DNA of 64,000 nt from Candidatus Eiseniibacteriota bacterium (lineage in GTDB: Bacteria > Orphanbacterota > Orphanbacteria > Orphanbacterales > Orphanbacteraceae): assembly GCA_016867715.1 (NCBI GenBank), contig VGIW01000006.1:233-64232 (forward strand), written 5' to 3'. Shown piece by piece: positions 36,202 to 42,996 of the stretch. Each line of letters begins with the position of its first letter. Position 1 is the first letter of the stretch. The notes beneath the pieces are model-generated. The model saw only the letters and a program-made list of their open reading frames with translations, searched no databases and was not told the DNA's origin. The position numbers and the translations under genes were made by a program.

Positions 36202-36705
36202 ATGGAAATCGAGCTCATCTTTCGAGGAGAGACCTTCCGCGTTGAGGTCGAGCGCGCGAAGGAGAAGACCGAGGCCAGGATCAACGAGCGCGCGCTCGAG
36301 GTCCGCGTTTCGCGCGTCCTCGCGAACGAGAGCGTGATCGAAGCGAACGGCGCCCGCCGCACCGCGTACTTCGTCCGGCGCGACGGGAAGATCCACGTCC
36401 ATTTGGACGGCCGCGTGTTCGAGTTCGAGGAGGCCGGCGCCGGCGGCGAGGACGCGTTCTCCGGTGCGGCCCACGCGATCGGCGGCGACTCAGTCTCTTC
36501 ATCGATGCCGGGTCTTCTCGTCAAGGTCCTCGTGGAGATCGGGGAGGCGGTGGAGCGCGGCCGGCCGCTCGTCATTGTCGAGGCGATGAAGATGGAGACC
36601 CCCCTTCTCTCCCCCGCGGCAGGCCGAGTGAAGAAGATCCACTACTCCCCGGGAGATCTCGTCGAGGCGGGGAAGCCGATCATCGAGATCGACGAAGGCG
36701 CGTAA
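36202..36705 (+). CDS. BT-like plus biotinyl (BCCP) domain protein; second part of a split carboxylase alpha subunit
   Basis: The C-terminal biotinylation motif is IVEAMKMETPLLSP.AG.V. The N-terminal 90 aa resemble the BT beta-barrel of MCC/PCC alpha. The ORF is in the same reading frame as the BC ORF, separated only by TAG plus 3 codons. Confidence 0.85.
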   Translation: MEIELIFRGETFRVEVERAKEKTEARINERALEVRVSRVLANESVIEANGARRTAYFVRRDGKIHVHLDGRVFEFEEAGAGGEDAFSGAAHAIGGDSVSSSMPGLLVKVLVEIGEAVERGRPLVIVEAMKMETPLLSPAAGRVKKIHYSPGDLVEAGKPIIEIDEGA

Positions 36706-36839
36706 GCTCGAGCCGGGTTCCTAACCTCGCCCTTCTGCGATCGGATGCGACGCTCGCTCCGCGTCCTCGCGACGAAAACGCAGGCATCGTCTCGGCGACC
36801 GGTCCGGGAACAAGCACCTTCGCATGCGAGCGTTCGAAG

Positions 36840-36893
36840 CAGAAAGAAACGGCCCGGCGGAACCGAGGGATCGTATCCCCGCTCCGCCGGGCC
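36840..36893 (-). terminator. Intrinsic terminator downstream of the histone-fold gene
   Basis: GGCCCGGCGGA...TCCGCCGGGCC (11-bp stem with an inner GGGAT/ATCCC hairpin), followed on the minus strand by GTTTCTTTCTGCTT. Confidence 0.55.
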
Positions 36894-36922
36894 GGCGCGT
36901 CGATCGGAAGATAGTTGAGATC

Positions 36923-37114
36923 TTACAGATCGTTCGGCTTCAGGGTTTTCCTCTTGTTGCCCATCGCGCGCCGCTCGGCCTCGGCGATCATGTCGCGGAC
37001 CTTCTTGTCCAGCGCCCCGTAGAAATCGCTTGAAACGTTGCACTTCTTCGCCGCCGCCTTCGTGCGCGACTTGGAGATGATGAGCTCCACACCGGGTTTC
37101 TTCTTCGTGGCCAT
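36923..37114 (-). CDS. Histone-fold DNA-binding protein candidate (singlet bacterial histone type, 63 aa)
   Basis: MATKKKPGVELIISKSRTKAAAKKCNVSSDFYGALDKKVRDMIAEAERRAMGNKRKTLKPNDL. The RKTLKPNDL segment and the preceding helix pattern parallel archaeal HMfB (..AGRKTIKAEDI). GGAGGA RBS 9 nt before the ATG. The gene has its own promoter and terminator. Confidence 0.7.
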   Translation of the reverse strand: MATKKKPGVELIISKSRTKAAAKKCNVSSDFYGALDKKVRDMIAEAERRAMGNKRKTLKPNDL

Positions 37115-37172
37115 TCCCACATTCCTCCCAAACGTTCGTTTGTCTCTTCCGGGGCCTTCCCGTTTCGCGTGT

Positions 37173-37202
37173 AAAGTAGAGGATCCGAAGAAACGCTGTC
37201 AA
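37173..37202 (-). promoter_or_regulatory. Sigma-70-type promoter for the histone-fold gene
   Basis: The minus strand reads TTGACA-18 nt-TACTTT, giving a ~50-nt leader. Confidence 0.5.
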
Positions 37203-37205
37203 CCG

Positions 37206-37232
37206 AAAAAAGGCGCGAGGGGCTCTCTCGCG
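37206..37232 (-). terminator. Intrinsic terminator of the ABC/CPBP operon
   Basis: The minus strand reads CGCGAG-7 nt-CTCGCG-CC-TTTTTT. A T6 run is rare in this GC-rich DNA. Confidence 0.6.
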
Positions 37233-37326
37233 GCCGTTCTCGGCCGGTTCGGCCCGCTGTTGGTAGGCGGAAGAACACGGATCCGCTCCGGACGGGCGGT
37301 CGCGGAGCGCGCCGACCTCGTGCCCA

Positions 37327-39279
37327 TCATCCGTCTCCCCCTCCCCATTCCCTCTCCCTCAGGAGGAGGAGAGCTCCCGCCGCGAGAAGGACCGCCCCCG
37401 CGACCAACGGCGCGGAGAGGATCTCCCCTTCGAGGGCCCCCCCGGCGCCGCCCGCCCAAATGCCGATGCCGTTGTAGACCGCGTGCAGGAACATCGCCGG
37501 TACGATCGATCGGGTCCGCAGGACGAGCCACCCGGCGATAATCCCGAGCAGCGCGGTCGGCAGGAACCGGTAGATGCTGAGGTGGAAGAGCCCGAAGAGG
37601 AGCCCCCCCGCGAGGATGGCTCGGGCCGGCGAGAGAACCCTCCGGTACTGTCCGAGAAGAAGGCCCCGGAAGAGCATCTCCTCGCAGATCCCCGGGCTCA
37701 CCGCGACCGCAAACAGGACGAAGACGAGGCCCCCCTCTCCGCTGTCCAGCAGCCTCTCGAAGGTCTCCATCATTTCTTCCGGGACGGGAAGGAACCGGCT
37801 CTGCGCGTGGAAGAGCAGGTTCGCCGCGAGAAGCGATGCCGGCGCGAGAAGAACCCCCGCGAGGAGATGCCGCGGGCTCGGCAGCCGGAGGGAGAAATCA
37901 CGGCGGAAGTCGAGGCGAACCCATCGCGCGAAGACGAGCGTCGGGAGAAGGAGAAACCCCCACAGCGTGAGGATCACGCCCGAGAGAAGATCCCTCGACT
38001 GGACGAAAGACCCGAGATAGTAGAGAACGAGAATCTCGAACGCGAAGAAGACCGTCGCCTCGCGCGCCCTTGGGCGGTCGGCGGGGAGAACCCCCTGCTC
38101 TCTTCGCGCTTCTCCATAGACCGTCCGCTCGCTCGAGAGAAACGCGCGCGCCCATCGAAGGACCGCGTACGCCCCGATCGAGTTCGAGAGAACGACGAGC
38201 CCGAGAAAGAGGACCGGGTAGTTCCCGAGAAGCGCCTCCCGCACGGCCACGGCGACGTTCGCGATCGGCACGATCGCGACGATCGATTCGAGCCGCACGC
38301 CCGGGGCGACCGAGGCGGCTGCGGGGACCACGCCGAGAAGAAGCGAAGGAAGAAGGAGAGTCTGCGCTTCGCGGTAGGTCCGCGCGTGGCTCGAGATGAG
38401 GACGAGGACCGCGGAAAGAAGAAACGCGAGAGGGAGCGAGATCGCGAAGACGACCGCGGCGGAGAGGGGCGACACGGACCACGCGTCATGGAGTCCCTCT
38501 CCCCCCGCCCATCGCACGCGCGTGAAGAAAAAACTCGAGGCAAGAAAGAGGAGCGTGGCGATCACGGCCGAGACGGCGACCGCGAGGAACTTGCCGGCCA
38601 CGATCGAGGAGCGCGGAGCGAGCGACGTGAGAAGGGTCTCGATCGTCTTCCGTTCGCGCTCCCCCGCAAAGAGATCGACCGCCGCGAAGGAGGCTCCGTT
38701 CAGGAGGAGAAACACGATCAGGATCGGAAGGAGCTTCCCCAGCTTCCCCCCCGCCATCCGCTCCTCCGACGCGACGTTCTTCTCCTCCACCGGGAGAACG
38801 CGCTTCAGCTCCGCGGCGCCCAAGCTGTCGAGGCGCGCCTCGCGAACCTCCGTCTTCCATTCGTCCACGATCCGGGCGACCCTCTCCCTCGCCTCGCCGG
38901 AGAGACCGCTGGAAGCGTCGTAGAAGAGAACCGCTTCCGGCTCTCCGCCGGCGGTGATCGCGAGGTCTTCCGGAAGCCGAACGCCGACATCGGCGCGGCC
39001 GGAGCGAACCGCCTCGCCCGGATCGCGGGCGCGGAGCGGCCGGACGCCGGGCGAGGAGACGATTCGCTCGCGAAGATCCGGAAGGCCCCCCTCGACGACC
39101 GCCGTCACCGTCTCCTCCTTGAGCCGGTTCTCTCCGTACGACGAAAGGCGCGCGGAGCCGAAGATCAGGATCGGATGGATGAGAACGGGGAAGACGATCA
39201 TCGCCAGGACCGACCGGCGATCGCGGAGAAGGTCGATCATCTCCTTGCGGAAGACGAGTAGCGTGTCTCCGGCGCTCAT
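37327..39279 (-). CDS. ABC-2 (NatB-like) permease fused to a C-terminal CPBP/Abi intramembrane glutamic protease domain
   Basis: ATGA overlap with the ATPase stop. The N-terminal 400 aa have ABC-2 permease topology with a large extracytoplasmic loop. The C-terminal ~230 aa carry EEMLFRGLL, FGLFHL and FLHAVYN (CPBP motifs 1-3). Confidence 0.8.
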   Translation of the reverse strand: MSAGDTLLVFRKEMIDLLRDRRSVLAMIVFPVLIHPILIFGSARLSSYGENRLKEETVTAVVEGGLPDLRERIVSSPGVRPLRARDPGEAVRSGRADVGVRLPEDLAITAGGEPEAVLFYDASSGLSGEARERVARIVDEWKTEVREARLDSLGAAELKRVLPVEEKNVASEERMAGGKLGKLLPILIVFLLLNGASFAAVDLFAGERERKTIETLLTSLAPRSSIVAGKFLAVAVSAVIATLLFLASSFFFTRVRWAGGEGLHDAWSVSPLSAAVVFAISLPLAFLLSAVLVLISSHARTYREAQTLLLPSLLLGVVPAAASVAPGVRLESIVAIVPIANVAVAVREALLGNYPVLFLGLVVLSNSIGAYAVLRWARAFLSSERTVYGEARREQGVLPADRPRAREATVFFAFEILVLYYLGSFVQSRDLLSGVILTLWGFLLLPTLVFARWVRLDFRRDFSLRLPSPRHLLAGVLLAPASLLAANLLFHAQSRFLPVPEEMMETFERLLDSGEGGLVFVLFAVAVSPGICEEMLFRGLLLGQYRRVLSPARAILAGGLLFGLFHLSIYRFLPTALLGIIAGWLVLRTRSIVPAMFLHAVYNGIGIWAGGAGGALEGEILSAPLVAGAVLLAAGALLLLREREWGGGDG

Positions 39280-40028
39280 CCTTCCCCCCCGCCCCGAACG
39301 AGAGAGAGGAAGATCTTCTCGAGAAAGCGCTGCCCCGTCCGCGCGCGAAGCTCCTCGAGCGAGCCGACCGAGAGAATCCGGCCGCGGTGGATGACGGCGA
39401 TCCGGTCGCAGATCCGCTCCGCCTCGCTCATCACGTGGGTGGAGAAGACGACGCACTTCCCTTGGCCCCGGCACTGCTCGATGTAGGTGAGAAGCGCGTC
39501 CGCGACGAGAATATCGAGGCCGGCCGTCGGCTCGTCGAAGATGAGGATCGGAGGGTCGTGGACCACCGCGCGCGCGATCGATACCTTCTGGCGCATCCCC
39601 GTCGAGAGCTTCTCGCAGCGGACATCGGCGAACTCGTGCATGTCGAAGAGAGCAACGAGATCGCGGATGCGCTCCTCGAGCGCGTCTTTCGGGTAACGGT
39701 TGAGGAGGCCGAAGTAGCGGAGGATCTCGCGCGGGGTGAGGCGCGCGTAAAGGCCGGTCTCCCCCGAGAGGTAGCCGATCGAGCCGCGCACCTTCTCCGG
39801 CTCGCGGACGATGTCGTAGCCGTTGAGGAGTGCGCTTCCCGACGTCGGCCCGAGAATCGTCGCGAGCATACGGAGCGCCGTCGTCTTCCCCGCCCCGTTC
39901 GGCCCCAGGATCCCGAAGATCTCCCCCTCGACGCAATCGAACGAGATCGCATCGACCGCGACGACATCCCCACGCTTCGCGTCCGAATAGATCTTCTTCA
40001 GGCGGTCCGCGGCGATCATCTGCGCCAT
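39276..40028 (-). CDS. ABC transporter ATP-binding protein (NatA-like)
   Basis: GILGPNGAGKTT (Walker A), LSTGMRQKV (signature), ILIFDEPTAGLD (Walker B), FSTHVM (H-loop). Confidence 0.9.
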   Translation of the reverse strand: MAQMIAADRLKKIYSDAKRGDVVAVDAISFDCVEGEIFGILGPNGAGKTTALRMLATILGPTSGSALLNGYDIVREPEKVRGSIGYLSGETGLYARLTPREILRYFGLLNRYPKDALEERIRDLVALFDMHEFADVRCEKLSTGMRQKVSIARAVVHDPPILIFDEPTAGLDILVADALLTYIEQCRGQGKCVVFSTHVMSEAERICDRIAVIHRGRILSVGSLEELRARTGQRFLEKIFLSLVRGGGEG

Positions 40029-41275
40029 CGATCTCTCCTTCCGGCGATCGCCCGCGCCGGACGAAGCGCGAGCCGCAGCTGGCCGGTCCCCCGCACCCGC
40101 CCCTGGACGACCCCTTCCCGCCCGAGGATCTTCTCCGCAGCGAGGAGGACCGCGAACAGATAGAGGAGAAGCGAGAGGAGCGTGATCGCGGTCGGGAGCG
40201 GCGGGAAGCTCCCGACGAGCGCGCTCCGAAGGAGGAGAGTCGCGTTCGTCAGGGGGATGAGGGCGGTGAACGGCCCGAACTCGACTCCGGGGGAGGCGCC
40301 CGCGACCGCGGGAAGAAGGGAGAGGATGTAGAAGGGGGTGAGGTATCCCTGTCCTTCCTTGAAGGTCCGCGCCGGAGACGCGACGAGGATCATCGACGCG
40401 GAGAAGAACGCGCCGAGGAGGAGCCCGCCTCCGAGGATGACGGGGATCGCGCTCCAGGGAACCCCGATCGAGAACTCTCCCTCGCCTCCGAAAAGACCCG
40501 CTTGATGTCTCAAGGTGAGGATCATGCTCGCGAGGTTCACCAGAAGCGCCGCGAGCGAGGCGGCGAGCACCGAGAGGAACTTGCCGGCGACGAGGCTCGC
40601 GCGCGGCGCGCCCGACGCGAGTAGGCTCTCCAGGGTCCGCCTCTCCCTCTCGCCGACCAGGACGTCGATCGCGGGATACATCGCGCCCATCGAGAGCATG
40701 ATCACGAGGATCATCGGAAGAAGGAGAGACAGCACGTACCGCCCCATCGCTTCCGGCGAGGCGATGTTCTCCTCGCGCACGGCGAGGACGCTCAGAACCG
40801 CCTCGGTCGCCCCGTAGGCGGCCGCCCGCTCGCGGAGGAGGGCGCGCCTCGTCTCCTCCCATCGCTCCCGGAGACGCTCGCGCGCCGTGAGGGAGCGATC
40901 GCTCGAGAGGTCGAAGAACGCCTCGATCGCGGGGCCGCGATCATCGGCCGAATGGACGCGAAGAAACGCATCGAGCGTCCCCTCGGCGACCGCCTCCTCT
41001 CCGGATTCCTGGCGGACGATTTCGAAGCGCGGATCCTTCCGGAGCTCCGCGAAGAGACGCGTCGATGCCTCCTCGCCTTCCCAGGCGATCCGCGCGGTCT
41101 GACGCTCGAGAGCGCCGGCCCGATACTGCATCACCTGGCCGAACAACAAGAGCATGACCGGATAGAGGAAGATCGGAAGAACGAGCGAATAGACGACGAC
41201 GTGCCGGTCGCGAAGAGCGGAGCGGGTCTCCGTGCGAAACACCGCGGCGGTCAGGGAGAAATCCTTGAGGATCAA
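40016..41275 (-). CDS. ABC-2 family permease (NatB-like)
   Basis: TTG start after a GAGGAG RBS. N-terminal TM span, a ~150-aa external loop, then 5 C-terminal TM spans. 13-nt overlap with the ATPase gene. Confidence 0.75.
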   Translation of the reverse strand: MILKDFSLTAAVFRTETRSALRDRHVVVYSLVLPIFLYPVMLLLFGQVMQYRAGALERQTARIAWEGEEASTRLFAELRKDPRFEIVRQESGEEAVAEGTLDAFLRVHSADDRGPAIEAFFDLSSDRSLTARERLRERWEETRRALLRERAAAYGATEAVLSVLAVREENIASPEAMGRYVLSLLLPMILVIMLSMGAMYPAIDVLVGERERRTLESLLASGAPRASLVAGKFLSVLAASLAALLVNLASMILTLRHQAGLFGGEGEFSIGVPWSAIPVILGGGLLLGAFFSASMILVASPARTFKEGQGYLTPFYILSLLPAVAGASPGVEFGPFTALIPLTNATLLLRSALVGSFPPLPTAITLLSLLLYLFAVLLAAEKILGREGVVQGRVRGTGQLRLALRPARAIAGRRDRWRR

Positions 41276-41396
41276 AACATCTCCTCGGGGCGGCGCCCTC
41301 GTGCGGACGCGCGATCCCGCTTTCTCTCTCCCGCCGCGCCGAAACGCATCCCGCCTCTACGGCGAGAGGAGCCGAGTTTCGATCCTTCGGAGGGAG

Positions 41397-42617
41397 TCAT
41401 GGGCGGGAGTGGAAGAGATCGCCCATCCCTTCAAGGGAGAGAAGCTTCTTCTTCAGGGCCACGCCTCCCGAGAACCCTCCGAGGGAGCCGGTCCGGGCGA
41501 TCACGCGGTGGCAGGGAACAACGACCGGAAGCGGGTTCCGCGAGAGAGCGCCTCCGACCGCCCGCATCGCCCCGGGCCTTCCCACCGCTTCGGCGAGCTG
41601 CTTGTAGCATCGGACGGTGCCGTAGGGGATCCGCGCGCACGCGTCGAGAACCGCCGCGCGGAAAGAGCTCGCCCCCATCAGCCGGTAGGGGAACGTGAAG
41701 CGCTTGCGGCGCCCGGCGAAGTACTCCAAAAGCTCACGCCGCGCCGCGCGGAGAGCTCCGGGGTCGGTTCGCGCTCGGCGGACGCCGAGGGGCGCCGTCT
41801 CTCGGAGCCAATCCGACTCGTTCCGCTTTCCGAAGACCGTTCCGACCACGACCCCCTCGAGGGACGCGGCGCCGAACCAGCCGAGCGGGGTCTCGAACGA
41901 GTCGACGAGAAGGAGCCCGCCCCCGCGCGCGGGCGCCTCCCGGAGAACCCTCTTCTGCATCTTCTTCCATTCGGAGGCACGGAGAACCGCGCCGTGGAGC
42001 CGCCGAAAGGCGCGAACCGCTGAGAGCGTCTCCCTCGCCACGCGATCGCCGACCTCTCCCTCCTCGATTCCGGCCCCCTCCGGTGCCGCGAGGATCTTGC
42101 GGAGAGATTCTCCCCTCGCGCGGCCGCGCGGCGCGGCGGGGAGACGCTTCCTTCCCGCCCGCTCCCGTTCGAAGAGAAGAAGGCCGTGTTCCGCCGCCCC
42201 GATGGGATCCCCTGCCTTTTTACCGAGCGCCGCCGCGACCTCGGTCTCCGGCCGTTCGAAGCCGACGAGAAGGGCGATCGCGCATCGCTCGGCGAGCGGA
42301 ACGGAGCTCCACGCGCGGAGGAGCGCCGCTTCCTCCGAGCCCGCGCCTCGGACGCCGTCATCGACCTCGACCGGGCGGTAGTGGCTGCGGCCGAGCGCGC
42401 GGAGATGCCCCCTCGCCCGCACGAGAGCGGAGCGGAAAACCGCGGCCTCGGAGACATCCCCGGACGAGCGGTCCGCCGGAAGCCGAAGCACCTCGCCGTA
42501 GAAGAGATCCTCGGCATCGAGCGGGTCGGGAACCAAGAGGAGGAAGAGGCGCGCGAGGTCTTCCCCGAGCCGGTCGACGAAAGGAACGAGGTCGGGAGGG
42601 GTGTGAGCGCGTGCCAT
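41397..42617 (-). CDS. Fusion protein: ECF-sigma-like/helical N-terminal region (~230 aa) plus complete O6-methylguanine-DNA methyltransferase (Ogt/MGMT)
   Basis: C-terminus: LLLVDSFETPLGWFG (MGMT N-domain) ... IPYG.V..Y.QLA...G.P.A.RAVG.A...NPLPVVVPCHRVI...G.LGGF.GG...K..LL. N-terminus: region-2-like LARLFLLLVPDPLDAEDLF and region-4-like LPLAERCAIALLVGFERPETEVAAALGK. Codon third positions are G/C-rich throughout. Confidence 0.75.
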   Translation of the reverse strand: MARAHTPPDLVPFVDRLGEDLARLFLLLVPDPLDAEDLFYGEVLRLPADRSSGDVSEAAVFRSALVRARGHLRALGRSHYRPVEVDDGVRGAGSEEAALLRAWSSVPLAERCAIALLVGFERPETEVAAALGKKAGDPIGAAEHGLLLFERERAGRKRLPAAPRGRARGESLRKILAAPEGAGIEEGEVGDRVARETLSAVRAFRRLHGAVLRASEWKKMQKRVLREAPARGGGLLLVDSFETPLGWFGAASLEGVVVGTVFGKRNESDWLRETAPLGVRRARTDPGALRAARRELLEYFAGRRKRFTFPYRLMGASSFRAAVLDACARIPYGTVRCYKQLAEAVGRPGAMRAVGGALSRNPLPVVVPCHRVIARTGSLGGFSGGVALKKKLLSLEGMGDLFHSRP

Positions 42618-42996
42618 TGGAAGTTCCCCGCTTCGCCTTCGACTCTATCGAATCCCGAGGCGGCGGGGAAGAGAATCCTCGGAGCGACCGAGGTGCGGGA
42701 GTCGACGAAATCGCCTTCTCTGCATATAGTGGGAACAGAAGCTCCGGCTCGCCCCCTCCGCTCCCCCGAACCGGAAGGACGTCCTCTCCCCCGCCCGCGC
42801 GGTCTCCCAGAAAGGCGCGAAGCAAGCAAACCCGCAGTAGACGGATGTTCCGGCCGGCGGATCGGCCGTATCGCAGCGCCCCTGCGGCTGCCGTGAACCT
42901 CGATGCCCGACCCGAGTTGCTCGATGCTTACCCCCTGGTTGCGAGGTCGAGGGTCTCACGCTTCGCGCGGGGGCCTTCTTTCGTCCGATCGAGAGG

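Noticed and set aside
29507-36474. Long minus-strand ORFs 29507..31756 (749 aa), 32011..33879 (622 aa) and 34678..36474 (598 aa), plus plus-strand alternative frames such as 30646..31932, 32637..33866 and 34983..36245.
   Set aside because: All overlap plus-strand genes with unmistakable enzyme motifs (HMGS, thiolase, carboxyltransferase, biotin carboxylase). Their translations are Arg/Asp/Glu/Pro-rich and carry no catalytic signatures.
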